Assembly: GCF_006345805.1 (NCBI RefSeq)
Contig: NC_043017.1
Location: 3,844,001-3,908,000 of the forward strand
Length of the DNA: 64,000 nt
Reading direction: 5' to 3'
Source of the DNA: Octopus sinensis
Lineage: Eukaryota
Shown here: positions 37,802 through 51,985 of the stretch, piece after piece
How positions within the stretch are numbered: position 1 is the stretch's first letter
Layout: each line of letters starts with the position of its first letter
The notes under the pieces: generated by a model
What the model saw: the letters and a program-made list of their open reading frames with translations, nothing else
Told to the model about the DNA's origin: nothing
The model's database searches: none
Translations under genes and position numbers: made by a program

Positions 37802-38139
37802 CTGTTGATATAATAAGAATTATTATTATTAAATTTTCTTTGCTCAAATTCCAATGCTGAGAGGACATCATATGGGAAAAAATTAGAAATCGCTGCGTTG
37901 TTCACAGAACCGATCATTAAAACCTTGGCATTAAAACTGGCCTCTCTTTCTCCGCTCTATATACAACTTCTTTTACCCTAGCGACCAAAGTGAAACTGCT
38001 CGTCCATCCCAGCCGAAAGGAGGGCTACAGTGTTATCTACACAATGGATTCCACTGATAATTAGCGCATCTTAACACATTTACGTGTATTCAATTGACGT
38101 GTAATGCACACACCTTCCCGGGGGGAAACTGAAGCATTA

Positions 38140-38600
38140 TGTACACACCTGAAGACATGGCTATCCTGTTTTTTGATTACGCTGTTACAATGTTTTCAAA
38201 AGGTTTTCATCGCTCTGGATACAATCAAGGAGAACTTGTGCAACTGAATCCCCAGTATCTTTTTGGTCAGCTGAAAGCAGTTTTGGTACAAACTTGACAG
38301 ACACATGCGTCATACCTAAATCTTCAGTAATAATGGACTGAACTGAACCGTAACAGATATGCACATCTAGTAACTCACGGATGGTGTTTCGAAGTTTTCC
38401 GCCCACGGCTGCACACACATCTCCGGTGTTTTAAGGCCCTCCTGGAAATGTCTGAACCACTCCGCTCCATACATTTTGTGCAACTTTACGAGTGTCTCTG
38501 ACCAGGTATCGCCATGACAACTTTCTCTGTTAAGGTCAATGCAACAATCACACACTACACATCTTCCTACCAAGCACTGCCGTAAACAAAGGAAGTGAGC
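38140..38600 (-). mobile_element. Mariner transposase N-terminal remnant
   Basis: TIRELLDVHICYGSVQSIITEDLGMTHVSVKFVPKLLSADQK matches mariner HTH / WVPKLL-type region. Confidence 0.7.
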
Positions 38601-39377
38601 TAGAACGTTAAAACTTCGTACTTATGCTCAACAGAGAATAAGGTCAACCTGTGCCAAGCGGGCTTTACTCTGCGTCCTTTAGCTTCGTTACTATGGTAAC
38701 AATCCTGATAGTTATTGATCAGACCTCGTACATATGCACGGAATTACTATCTACGGCTATACATAGGAACGTACGTATTTCTGCCTGTACTTATATGATA
38801 GGCTTTCGTAAAAATTTCCACCTAGCAAATTCTAATCACAAAGCAGTGGTTAAATCGAACCCATGGTAAAAGAGAGTGGCCTAATGTATCATAGGTGGGA
38901 TCGAACTCGTTTTCATCATATGACTGTGATATATTTCTGACTGGATGGGAGATGGTATACATAACTTTTGAACCAAGCTACATTTTATTTTGCCGCTGCT
39001 GGATGAAATGCATTGCATATTGATGACTATAAAGTGGTACTCTGGGCCTTTTTTTAGATGGTAATAGATTATAGAAAATTTGCTTTTTTGATTTAATCGA
39101 GAAAGTGAAACATAAACAAATTTCAATTATCATGCTTCTGGCATTCGAGAAGAGAAATTGCTAAAATAATCTAGTATTTTCTAAATAAGGAACCATATTT
39201 TTTTTTGTTAAATTTTTATGTAAAAATAATGAGGACAAACCGTAAAATAATGAATACATAAATAAAAAGAATAAGAGGGAAATCACAAGTCACACTTCAA
39301 AACAAATCGAATCTTAATTGCTAAGCATATGACCTCTCAACAACGTGATTGATGTTATTTGAAAATGTATATAAACA

Positions 39378-39532
39378 TGTGGTAAGTAGCTTGCTAACCA
39401 ACCACATGGTTCCAGGTTCAGTCCCACTGCGTGACATCGTGGGCAAGTGTCTTCTGCTATAGCCCCGGGCCGACCAATGCCTTGTGAGTGGATTTGGTAG
39501 ACGGAAACTGTAAGAAGCCCGTCGTATATATG

Positions 39533-39582
<50 letters not shown>

Positions 39583-39790
39583 TGTGTCTGTGTTTGTCCC
39601 CCTAGCATTGCTTGACACCCGATGCTGGTGTGTTTACGTCCCCGTCACTTAGCGGTTCGGCAAAAGAGGAACCGATAGAATAAGTACTGGGCTTACAAAG
39701 AATAAGTCCCGGGGTCGAGTTGCTCGACTAAAGGCGGTGCTCCAGCATGGCCGCAGTCAAATGACTGAAACAAGTAAAAGAGTAAAAGAG
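39378..39790 (+). mobile_element. SINE family 1 copy
   Basis: Same body and tail as 34480-34905. Confidence 0.8.
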
Positions 39791-39989
39791 TATGTGTATA
39801 GTCTGACTGTAACTACTCAACGCGACAATAGAATGTAAGATCGATTACATCTTCGATGAGATCATATTTTCGAACGACTATCTAGCAACAGAACAAATAC
39901 AATTTATGGGGTTAATTTTCCACCAATTTTAAAGCATGCAAATATATTTGTTTCTGTGTTTTGGGGTTTTTTTCTAGGTAATTGTTTAC

Positions 39990-40154
39990 CTCATCCGCAT
40001 GTCGGCTTTCCATCGCAGCAGTAATTGTCTGCAACTGAGACTCATATTCGGCGCTTAAATCAGAAACTATATTTCCAACTTCAGCCTTCCATGAATCTTG
40101 GAAATCAGGTAACTTCTGTGTTTTTGATACAATAGCCTTATATTCTTTGATCTC
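39990..40154 (-). CDS. IF gene B exon 4
   Basis: GCAG|GAG ATC...GAT GAG|GTAAAC; 165 nt; EIKEYKAIVSKTQKLPDFQDSWKAEVG...SRHADE. Confidence 0.9.
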
Positions 40155-40800
40155 CTGCAATTAGAAATTAAAACAAAACAGTAAGTAAAATGAAGGTAAG
40201 GAACCTAATATTAGTTTTAATTGACAAGATATCATGGCTTTTAAACAAAGAAATGCCATAGCTTTTAAAACGAGAAATGGACAAATGCGCATAGAGAATT
40301 GGTGATAGTAAATTGCAGGTATATATTCTATCGAGGCCAGCGCAGACTGCCATCAACAAAGTATATTCTCCCGCCAAGTTCTGAACATTATTCAGAGGAA
40401 GTTAAACTCGGCACAATAAATTAGTGAAAGTAATACCATTGCTTCTTAGAGCGATTAGTGATGTCTGTCCATTGTTATAGAAGAACAGATATGTGTATTT
40501 GGTCATTTGATAGATAAGTATTCTAGTTATAGATAAGTTACTAAAGCCTTAGATGACTGCAGATTCAATGTCGGATTAGGAGCGACCGACACTGTGGCTT
40601 GTAGTCTACGAACTTAGTAAGATAACTGAAATTGATTACTTGAGAGGTAATTCTTTACCTATAATTGCCAAAGTGAATCTACCTGATGTAAGAAAGACTT
40701 AAAACATCATGGAGAATTTATTAGAGAAAATAACTTAAAACGGCATGGCAATTCCCCTGCAAAAGAAAATATATCAGAAAAAAAATAAAAGCAACATTAC

Positions 40801-40896
40801 GGTATTATGGACTTCATCGAGGAAAGCAATCTCATCTTCCAGCATCGCCAGACGGTGTTCTAATTGCAGTCTTTGAGAAGTTTCGGTTCGTAAGTT
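40801..40896 (-). CDS. IF gene B exon 3
   Basis: CTAG|AAC...ACC|GTAATG; 96 nt; NLRTETSQRLQLEHRLAMLEDEIAFLDEVHNT. Confidence 0.9.
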
Positions 40897-41261
40897 CTAG
40901 AGAAAAAAAAATAATGTTATAGATTATTTAAATAAAATATGTTTTTAGATAAACACCACTAATTTGACCAAGATGGAAGATAAAGTACGAAAATAAGAGA
41001 AGTGAATTTCGTTCACAAAGAAACTTTTCCGTCGTCTCACACACGATAATGCCAGAGGATTACGCATTCCTTTGAAACCTAAGTTTTAGTATCGCCAGAG
41101 TTTAATTACAATAGTTGGCAATAAGTTTTTCAGAATTTTTCCTAATTTATCAATGTGGATATTGACAATATTGGGAGAATAGTATGTTTGATAAATTCTC
41201 CATGCGTTGTTATTTTATTTTTCAATATTGGTATGTATATTTGCGCATTAGTTTCAGTATA

Positions 41262-41645
41262 TAGGCGCAGGAGCGGCTGTGTGTTAGCAAGCTTGCTTAC
41301 GAACCATATGGTTCCGGGTTCAATCCCACTGAGTGGCATCTTGGGCAAGTGTCTTCTGCTATAGTCTCGGGCCGACCAAAGTCTTGTGAGTGGATTTGGC
41401 AGATGGAAACTCAAAGGAGCCCGTCGTATGTATGCATGTATGTATGTATGTATGTATGTATGTATGTGTGTATGTATGTATTTTGACAACCGATGCTGGT
41501 GTGTTTACGCCCTCGTAACTTAGCGCTTCGGCAAAAGAGACCGGTAGAATAAGTAGTAGGCTTACAAAGCATAAGTTCTGGGGTCGATTTGCTCGACTAA
41601 AGGCGGTGCTCCAGCATGGCCACAGTCAAATGACTGAAAGAAATA
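41262..41645 (+). mobile_element. SINE family 1 copy
   Basis: Same head, body and tail. Confidence 0.8.
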
Positions 41646-43345
41646 AAATGATTTCACATTTTCCTAACATATTTATTTTCCTGCACAGTTTGTGACAGAG
41701 GGTTTTTTATATATATATAAGGCGGTGAGATGGCAGAAACGTTAGCACGCCGGGTGAAATTCTTAGCGGTATTTCGTCTGCTGTTACGTCCTGAGTTCAA
41801 ATTCCGCCGAGGTCGACTTTGCCTTTCATCCTTTCGGGGTCGACTAAATATGTACCAGTTACGCACTGGGGTCGATATAATCGATTTAATCCATTTGTCT
41901 GTCCTTGTTTGTCCCTCTATGTTTAGCCCCTTGTGGGCAATAAAGGAATAAGAAACGAACAACCTGTGAGAAACGAAATTTAAAATGGGATGCTAGTATG
42001 ACCTAAAAACATATCTGTTATGTGATTCACAACGTTTACACTCGTAGAGAAGACGAGGAATGTTAGCCATTGTTGTTTGTGTCATTTTTATTTAACTAGT
42101 GTTCTGTAAAATATATTCATCCCATCGACCCATCACTTTGTAAAACAGAAACGTGAACGCGTGTGTGCTTGTGTGTGCATGAGTGTGTGCGTGTGTGTGC
42201 GTGCATGCAGTATGTATGCATACGCGTGTTTGAGCGTGCGCGCATGTGTGTGTGCATGTGTGTGTGTGAGAGAGAAAGAGAGTTAGAGAGTGAGTGAGTG
42301 TGTGTGTTTGCATATATATTTATATCTAGCGATTGCACAAACACAGATTATGCGTCTTGTGTTGTTACGCCAAATTTGCTGCCGAATAGCATCTGGGGAA
42401 GGTACCCTACATAACACTGACTGTTAAAGAACACCCGAGGGTCATACACCAGGTGACACAATTCGCTCTGGAATTGACACAGGCCATGCCTAACTTAATG
42501 ACACCACCTGGAAAAGCCATTTAATGATTTTTCCTATTACAGCCATTAACGTGGTACGATAGCCCATCAGAGTAAAATGTTATTGTGTGCACAGATATAT
42601 CTGGATGTAGGTGGTTTACCTGGAATTTGTTGGTGATATTCATTCAGGAGTCATTTGAATGTTATGAGATCTTTCTCTTCTCTGATGTTTCTTGGCATGA
42701 TCTTAAAGAGAACAGAGCCACTTGTTCTGCTTTAGTGATGTGACGTAGAGTGAGCATGGTTTTTGTCGAGGACGGATGGCACGGGGAACAAACCCTGGGT
42801 GAATTTTAATGTTGATGCCAACATCATTTGGGCAATGCTCTTGAAATTATTTCCACATACTCACAAAGAAATGATACGGCACTCGAGGCAGCGTTGGAGG
42901 GATCAAATTTTGAGTTTCTCGAGACGATCCCAAGACCTGTCATATCATCCATTTTCCTTGTGATCGATCAAAATAGCTTGCATGCTATCAGTTACAACGA
43001 CGTATGTTCCAGTTGATCTGATCAAAGGAACGGTCTGCTCGTGAAATTAACGGTCAAGTGGCTGATCACTCGACAAACACTCCTGCCCTTTAAGTAGTTC
43101 ACAGAGAGATTCAGCGCAAATAGAATGTGATGACTCTGGTCTTTTCAATTTCATGTACACCTCATTTTTCTCAGATGATTGAACGGAAGCAACGTGAAAT
43201 AAAGTACCTTCTTCAATATCAGAACGTCAGGAATTGAACTCACGACCTTACGATCGTGAGCCGAATATCCTAACCGCTAACCCCGGCACCTTCACATTTA
43301 TTTAAATTTTTACGTATGTATATATATACATATATACACATACAA

Positions 43346-43389
<44 letters not shown>

Positions 43390-44140
43390 GTGGGAGGCGA
43401 AATGGCCCAGTGGTTAGGGCAGCGGACTCGCGGTCGTAGGATCGCGGTTTCGATTCCCAGACCGGGCGTTGTGTGTGTTTATTGAGCGAAAACACCTAAT
43501 AGCCCCATGACGCTCCGGCAGGGGGTGGTGATCCCTGCTGTACTCTTTCACCACTCCTTCTCTCACTCTTTCTTCTGTTGGCCTGCTCGCTTAGCCAGCG
43601 GGGTGGCGTCATTTGAAGGCTAAAACAATGCGAACGCATTGTGACCAGCGATGTGTAGCAACTTCTGATGGTCTGGTCGGTCACGTGATATATCACGTGA
43701 CGTGATATATATATATAAATTGGTAGGGGCTCTTGATACAGTCACACCACTAGTTGAAATACCATGTTAAATTAAGAATATATTTTATATAAGCAAATGT
43801 ATTCTTAGAAAAGAAAAGCAGAATGATACGAACATGTTGAAAGGAAGTTTTCTTATTGTGTGTAAGCACTTTCGCCATTTAGAGCTTTTCAAACGCAAGT
43901 GTTATAGATGTATTCCAGTCATCCATTCATCTATCCATCCATATATACATACCTACAAACATGCATACACACACATATATGTATATATATATATATATGT
44001 GTGCGTGTGTGTGTGTGTGTGCGTGTGTGTGTGTGGGTGTGGGTGTGACTGTGTATGTGTGTGTGTGTATGCATGAATTTGTATATGTACGTATTTGCGT
44101 GCCATATTTGAATGTGAGCGTTTATAGAGAATCGGGAGAG

Positions 44141-44191
<51 letters not shown>

Positions 44192-44229
44192 CAGGATAGA
44201 GATTACGGATTCAAAGTAGTGCAACATAC

Positions 44230-44416
44230 CGTTCTAAGTTCGGCCATTTGACCATCAAGAATGCCATATCTCTTCTTCCAGTCAGCAAGTTGCTTCTCCA
44301 ATTCGCTTGTCCTCCTTCTGCTGGTTTCGCTGTCTGCAATGCGGTGGGCAACTTCATCGTGTAATCCATCGATTTCCGCTTGCAGTCTGTCTCTTTCGTC
44401 CTGCACTTGGCGCAAT
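44230..44416 (-). CDS. IF gene B exon 2
   Basis: TTAG|A TTG...ACG|GTATGT; 187 nt; 3 nt differences from gene A exon 2. Confidence 0.92.
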
Positions 44417-45339
44417 CTAACAGAAAAATAATGAAATTGTTTTGCCAAAGAATATTTATTTTTGTTCGGTATGGACTGGTATGGTTGGCAACCACGGTAA
44501 TACTGAAACATGTATGTGTTAACAAAATATTAACTACAATATACCAATATTATACATTAATTGTTAGCAACAGAAGCAATTTTTATAACCAACTTAACGT
44601 GGATGGTTTGTTAAAACACCGAATACTGCGTTATTAGCTTTGACAGATCCTCTCATATAAGTTCTTGGTGCATAAAAGTATACGCATAAATCATAGCAAA
44701 TCTAAAACGCCTATTATGGGCGCTGGAACTCTCATACCACAAGAATTTAGTCTGCAGGCGGCGTCCGTTGACCACATACCTATTTCTTTACTACTCACAA
44801 GGGGCTAGACACAGAGGAGATAAACAAGGACAGACAAAGGGATTAAGTCGATTACATCGACCCCAGTGCGTAACTGGTACTTAATTTATCGACCCCGAAA
44901 GGATGAAAGGCAAAGTCGACCTTGGCGGAATTTGAACTCAGAACGTAGCGGCAGACGAAATACCACTAAACATTTCGCCCAGCACGTTAATGGTTCTGCC
45001 AGCTCCCCACCTTTGACCGCATACCAGTCATATACCGTGACCACGTTATGCACAATATCAGCGTTTCTTTATACAGTGATGTTGCAAATAGCCAGCAGGC
45101 TTACTAAAAAGTAATCATTAGAACAGTAGCAGTATTGGTACGAAAAGGCAATCTATATATCCAACTTAATGTGGGTATCTTGTCAGAACACCGAATGCTG
45201 AGTTACCAGTCTTGAGAAATTCTCTCATATAGACGCTTGGTGCATAAAAGCACACATATAAATCGTAGCAGACGAAGATTGCTTGTTATGGGCGACAGAA
45301 TGCCATATCACGTGATTTCAGCCTGCTAGACTACGTCAG

Positions 45340-45765
45340 TGGGAGGGGTCCGGTGAATGCATATCGGTCAAATCTCATTGCCATGAAATATAGAAATATA
45401 TCGGCATCTTCTCAGACACAAAACCGGACGCTTGCCCCCGATGAGATCCAGTAGACTGAAATCAGATGATATAGGAATTCCATCGCCCATAACAAACGAT
45501 ATTCGTGTGCTATGTGTGTTATTGTATGGGGCTGAGACATTGCGAACAACAGTTAAGTCAAATAAGCAAATACAATCATTCATCAACATATGCTTGCGTA
45601 GTATACTTAAAATTAGATGGCCCCAACACATAAGCAATATGGAGCTATGGCAAAGAACAAACCAAGTTTAAATTAGGGGCAAATATTTAAGAAAAAGTGG
45701 AAGTGGATTGGTAGCACAATTAGAAAAGTAGCGAAAAGTGCTTTAAAGTGGAAACCGGATGGATA
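45340..45765 (+). mobile_element. RTE-like LINE fragment
   Basis: LLYGAETLR...QSFINICLRSILKIRWPQHISNMELWQRT. Confidence 0.65.
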
Positions 45766-45767
45766 TA

Positions 45768-45926
45768 GAAGTGGCTGTGTGGTAAGTAGCTTGCTAACCA
45801 ACCACATGGTTCCGGGTTCAGTCCCACTGCGTGGCATCTTGGGCAAGTGTCTTCTGCTATAGCCTCGGGCCGACCAATGCCTTGTGAGTGGATTTGGTAG
45901 ACGGAAACTGAAAGAAGCCTGTCGTA

Positions 45927-45980
<54 letters not shown>

Positions 45981-47050
45981 ATATATATATAAGTGTGTGT
46001 GTATATGTTTGTGTGTCTGTGTTTGTCCCCCTAGCATTGCTTGACAACCGATGCTGGTGTGTTTACGTCCCCGTCACTTAGCGGTTCGGCAAAAGAGCCC
46101 GATTGAATAAGTACTGGGCTTACAAAGAATAAGTCCCGGGGTCGATTTGCTCGATTAAAGGTGGTGCTCCAGCATGGCCGCAGTCAAATGACTGGAACAA
46201 GTAAAAGAGTAAAGAGTAAAAGAGTATAGAATGAGAGGTAGGCTTAAGAACTCATGGCGTAGATCAACACAGAAGGAACTGGAGAAAGGGGGACATTCGT
46301 GGCAGAGTATAAGTACAGAAGCGAAAAATTATGCGACATGGAATTCAATTATAAGTGGCCTGTACTCCGAGTTGGAGGGTTAAAGGCAGAAAAAAAAAAC
46401 GATTTACGTGCGTACTTTCATGTATCAACCGCCAAAGTTAATAACAGTATTCGGTATTCTATTATTAAAATTACACAGAAAAGTACCAACCGGAACGCCA
46501 TAGATTCTAATTCTGTTTCACCTTTTCTGCAATCATCCTGTACGCAGCACTCTTAACTTTAAACAGATATTTTACGTTAAGAAGGGGGATTAAAGTTATG
46601 TGTGCTTTCTACTGGAGTTGTCAACATAGTATTTTTTATGATCTTATATATGGAAAGAAAAATATATGCTGGCAAGCCGTTGAGGAAATACTCATAATAG
46701 TAGATAGGAGCACTCCGTCGGTTGCGTGGCATCTTGGGCAAGTGTCTTCTACTATAGCCTCGGGCCGACCAAAGCCTTGTGAGTGGATTTGGTAGACGGA
46801 AACTGAAAGAAGCCCATTGTATATATGTATATATATATGTATGTATGTGTGTGTATGTTTATGTGTCTGTGTTTGACCCCCTAGCATTGCTGGTGTGTTT
46901 ACGTCCCAGTTACTTAGCGGTTCGGCAAAAGAGACCGATAGAATAAGTACTGGGCTTACAAAGAATAAGTCCCGGGGTCGATTTGTTCGACTAAAGGCGG
47001 TGCTCCAGCATGGCCGCAGTCAAATGACTGAAACAAGTAAAACAGTAAAA
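45768..47050 (+). mobile_element. Two SINE family 1 copies (45768-46225, 46715-47050)
   Basis: Same body and tail. Confidence 0.8.
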
Positions 47051-47629
47051 TAGTAAACACAATATAGTATAATCCTTGATGATCCTCTACTTTTGGGTGA
47101 GCGTTCTTCATCTTAATTTACATCTCATATTAATTAAACTGTGGAGGCGCAATGGCCCAGTGGTGAGGGCAGCGGACTCGCAGTCGGAGGAACGCGGTTT
47201 CGATTCCTAGACCGGGCGTTGTGTGTGTTTATTGAGTGAAAACACCTAAAACTACATGAGGCTCCGGCAGGGGGTGGTGGCGGCCCCTGTTGCATTCTTT
47301 CTCCCCAACTTTCTCTCACTCTTTCTTCCTGTTTTGGGTGGGGGTAACGCTGCGATGTACTGGCGTCTCGAGGAACGCATAAGCCACAGAAACTGGGAAA
47401 CCGGGCCCATGAGCTTGGCTTGGCTTGAAAAGGGCGCATAAATAATAATAATAATATATATTTCTTTATTGCCCGCAATGGGGCTAAACATAGAGGGGAC
47501 AAACAAAGACAGACAAAGGGATTAAGTCGATTAGATCGACCTCAGTGCGTAACTGGTACTTTATTTATCGACCCCGAAAGGATGAAAGGCAAAGTCGACC
47601 TCAGCGGAATTTGAACTCATAATAATAAT

Positions 47630-47723
47630 AATATATATATATTGTATATATATATATATATATATACACATATATATATTATACATATATTATATATATA
47701 ATATATATATACATATATATCAC

Positions 47724-47785
<62 letters not shown>

Positions 47786-47924
47786 TCTATATATATAATA
47801 TATATATATATATTATATATACATATATTATATACATATACATATATACATATATATATATTATATATACATATATATATACATATATATAATATATATA
47901 TATCATATCTATATATATATATCA

Positions 47925-47977
<53 letters not shown>

Positions 47978-47993
47978 CATATATATATATACA

Positions 47994-48077
<84 letters not shown>

Positions 48078-48102
48078 CATATATAATATATATATATATA
48101 TA

Positions 48103-48147
<45 letters not shown>
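47630..48147. repeat. Long imperfect (TA)n tract
   Basis: Direct observation. Confidence 0.95.
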
Positions 48148-48148
<1 letters not shown>

Positions 48149-48601
48149 CCTATGCAGTAGATATCAACTGTTAGCGGACAGTATTAGCAACCATAGTTCG
48201 TTGTTAATTATTTAAAGCATCTAAAACAGACTGAATTCTTTAATGTCTGAAATGGATTAGTGTAGAGATAATAATTTGGAAAGTCAAAATAGTAAGTCGC
48301 GTTAATGAAAGCTTAGCTAAATTTAATGGGACCTTAGGTTCCCATCATAGCTTCACATTGACAAGAAATGACCCATGATAAAGAAATCAGTTTACACAAA
48401 ACTTGTACTGAACATGAAAGCTAGGGTGGCTAGAAACGTCATTGCATCATAAACATATTTAAACTTAAACCGTATCGATAAGCATATCTGACCTAACAGC
48501 TCAGATACTATTCATCTAGATATTGCCAATTTAGCTGAATCCTATTTATATTTCCTTGTGGGGTATCTCTCAACTATGCAGTGAACCGCAAAGAAACTAT
48601 A

Positions 48602-50066
48602 CAGTGAGCCGCAAAAGAGACGTGTGTGACTGTGAAATATGTTTTAATTTCATTATGTCAGAGATAAGTTTTGATAAATCTGATTAGGTCATGTGTTCTG
48701 GTAGTGGGCGGATCCACCACATTGAGATTGTAGGGTGTGACATGATCAAGACCATGTATACCCTCCCTGGTTATTCAAAATGGCAATACACCGTCGGTAC
48801 ATGAAGTGCATGCGGCGGTTCACAAAAGCCTTTGGCACCTGTATCTACACCCTGAGGAAAGCTGCCTCCAGTTCCATACAAGCTGTCGGCCTTGGGACCA
48901 CCTGGTACAGCCATCTCTGAATTACATCCCACAGATCTTCAATTGGGCTCAAATCCGGGCTGAGAGCCGGCCACGGCATGGTTCTGCTGCAAGACGTCCA
49001 TGGTGACCCTGGCCATATTGGAGGGAGCATTGTCCTTCTGAGATACGTGGCTATGATGATCCACGTAGAAGGACACTATGTAAGGTCTTAGGATCTGGTC
49101 AGCGAAGAGCTGCGTTGTGAGGCCATTCCCTCTGCCTACACCAACATTTTGGAACACATGGGGCCCAATTCTCTGATTTAGGCTTATAACATCCCCACCC
49201 CACGCGCCTCTTTCCATGACATATGCGTCTGTATAGCGTTCGCCCCTTCTACGCCTCGCTCTCACTCTGCCATCCGAGGTGGAAACGCAGTACAGGAACT
49301 CGTCAGAGAAGACTACCGACCTCCATTGTTGATGCCGCTAATATCGGTGCTGTGTAGCTCACTGTAGTCGTGCCAGATGGTCGCGGGCGGTGAGGACAGG
49401 CCCTCAAGCAGGACGACGGCCACGCAGTTTATTGGCAGTCATTCGACGTCCTACCGTGTCTTCGCTGATGGGTCGCTGTCCAGTGCCTATGGTCTCATGT
49501 GCTGTCATGCTGGCCGGTCTGACGCGATCAGGGAGATGTTGCAGCTGGACGAAGTGGTCCTGCCTGGGCGTGGTCACCTGGAGGCGCCCTCTGCGGGCAC
49601 GATCTGCAGTGCCGTTGGTGTTGTTGTTGTATCGCTGGTGCAGGCGATAGACGGTGCTGACATGGATATTGTAAGCTTTCGCAAGGACCAGGGCATGCGG
49701 CCCTGCTTCCAATCGGCCGATAGCTTGTTCTCTCTGCGCTTCTGACAATCTGGTCATTCCTGATGCGTCCAAATTACGAAAGCCAGGAACGCAGTTCAAT
49801 TTGAATTTTTATGACCATAAACTCCACGAGATGCAGGTGCATTTCGGTTTCCATGACAATTGTTTGCGACGGCGATCTACAGTATTCAACGCAGCTGCGC
49901 TTTGGCCTCTCGTATCAGGGAAAATTGAAAGTTTACCTGTAATTTGGGTCTTAGCGACAAACTACCATATTTGGAATATTTACGCTTACATCTCCGAAGT
50001 GAATTTTCATAATTTACCATATAAAAATAACATTTGAAAACATCGCGTTTCTTTTACGGTTCAGTG
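48602..50066 (-). mobile_element. Full-length degenerate Tc1-like DNA transposon
   Basis: TA-flanked ~27-bp TIRs (cagtgagccgcaaaagagacg / cgcgtttcttttacggttcagtg); N-terminal HTH ORF MTRLSEAQREQAIGRL... and WPALSPDLSPIEDLWD motif in broken frames. Confidence 0.85.
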
Positions 50067-50434
50067 TATTCTCTAGATGTCAAGTTATACCAAAATTATT
50101 TTCAAAAATGAAAAACTCCCCAGATCGCCTTTTCTTTTACATAATGTGAAAATGGACCAAGAAAATTTGTTCTGAAACAAACAGACCTAACAAAATTTAC
50201 GTGCCTAAAATTATATCTCAAGTATTGCAAATCGTAAAATTTTAAGATCTGATGCCTGACTAGAATATGAAAATTCACTTTACGTAGAATGTGAGGAAAA
50301 AGGATTAGAAGTAATTATAGTAGTCTAATTGAGAGAATTGACCAAACTTTTAAGATGGATGTTAATGATGTGCAGAAGCTTTAAACGACATGAAGAAGAA
50401 CAAAAATCAAACATTAACAACAAATTGTACTTAC

Positions 50435-50886
50435 TGTTCGCTCAAATCTTCAACTTCTTCTTCAAGCGATTCGTTTTGGGACTTTACAGTTGCCAGTTCC
50501 TTATCCTTGTCTTCTAGGAGTGCTTTCATTTCATGCAGCTGATCTTCGTATGAGGTCTTGACTTTATCAATATTAAACTCAACCCTAGATTTATTTAAGA
50601 GTTCCTTAAGATGTTTGTTTTCGGCCTCCAACATACGTTTTGTTTCAAGGTGGTTGGCAAGCTTTGAATTCAAACCTTGCATTGCCTTCTTCTCTTTTTC
50701 TCTGCTGTTTTTCATATCAGCAACATGTTTTTGAGAACTTGATGCTGCGACTCCTCCGGCCAAGACTAATGGAGCTCTTTGATTAAACGCTGCCATAGAA
50801 GCTCCAGATGGAACACGAATACTGTTCCTCCTAACTTTTCGTCTTGGTACTGTTGATGTTGTTGTTGGTGGTTTTGCTTCAGACAT
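50435..50886 (-). CDS. IF gene B exon 1 (head, coil 1A, start of coil 1B)
   Basis: ORF MSEAKPPTTT...EKEKKAMQGLNSKLANHLETKRMLEAENKHL...EDLSE; CA|GTAAG, 452 nt phase 2. Confidence 0.92.
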
Positions 50887-51024
50887 TTTTGTTGTTGTTA
50901 CTCAAATATTTTTTGTTCAAGAAAAATATTAAAATAGAATGAGAAACTGTTCACTATCTGGGGAACGAACGGGACACAGAAAATCTTTTGCAGAGCGATT
51001 TACAGCTTGCTTTCCGACACAGCT

Positions 51025-51061
51025 AAGTGACCAAGTCTAAGCCCTGCTATTGCCTTATATA
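51025..51061 (-). promoter_or_regulatory. Core promoter of gene B: TATA box plus initiator-like TCACTT
   Basis: Minus-strand TATATAAG at 51061-51054; TCACTT with A at 51028 (31-33 nt spacing); flanks align with 17320-17440. Confidence 0.65.
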
Positions 51062-51671
51062 TACCAGAGAAGAAATGTAGTGAGAATGCACGAAGAAGGT
51101 AAGAAAGAGAGAGAAATGCAGATAAAAATGAGAGAGAGAAATTAAAGCGAAGAAATGTCAGAATATAGTAATAGTGGGAGATCCAGGCTATGGGGTATGC
51201 ACCAAAACAAAAAAATAAATTGTTCTCATTATTTTAGCTTTCATTCGTTCTCCTTAAAAGTCCGTTACACTTCTTTGAGTATACACGGTTCGCAAAACGT
51301 AATGAAAAGATAATTAATGAAAGAAATGTAACGAAAGTAGTACACCTTTACGTTTCAGTTAGCACTGAGCATAATCTTAAAACACTCTTGGACAGCCACA
51401 CAGCTACCTTCACATGATGATGGATATGCTTGCCGTCATAGAAAACATATTTCGTGCTTAGTTTCTCTTGTAAACAATCAAGAGTTACTTTCTCAAAAAT
51501 TATTTTTTCTTCTTCTTGCTCAATTTCTCCTATGAAATATTTTGTCAAAAGCGATTGGCAAACGTTAGAACAACAACAGAATGTCTAGTTATATTTGGTT
51601 AGGTCGCTATGTTCTGAGTTCAAATCCCACCGATATTTCCTTTGTCTTTCATCCTTTTGGGATTGATAAAA

Positions 51672-51985
51672 TCTCTCTATATATAAAGCTGAAGTTGTCT
51701 CTGTCTGGCACGTTTGGTGGCCTTCAACTAACACTATCTCCTCCTAGACCCTGCAGGCGCAAGTTGACCAAAATTGAGAGTATGATAGAAGAAGGCTTGC
51801 TCTTCATTCCATAGAAGAAAAAATTCAAATCGGTCCATGTTAAGACCAAAAATTATTTACATCACAAAGGTGCTTTTTTCCTATGAAAATCCCGATTTTT
51901 TACGATTTTTTTACTGCTGTGTCGCCATTTTTCGGTGTATTTCAACCAGAAAAATGTTCACTTAAATAAGCTGCATAATGCAAAA
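51672..51985 (+). mobile_element. Truncated Helitron-like repeat
   Basis: Starts ATCTCTCTATATATAAAGCTGAAG, similar 5' terminus style; no 3' CTAG seen. Confidence 0.4.
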
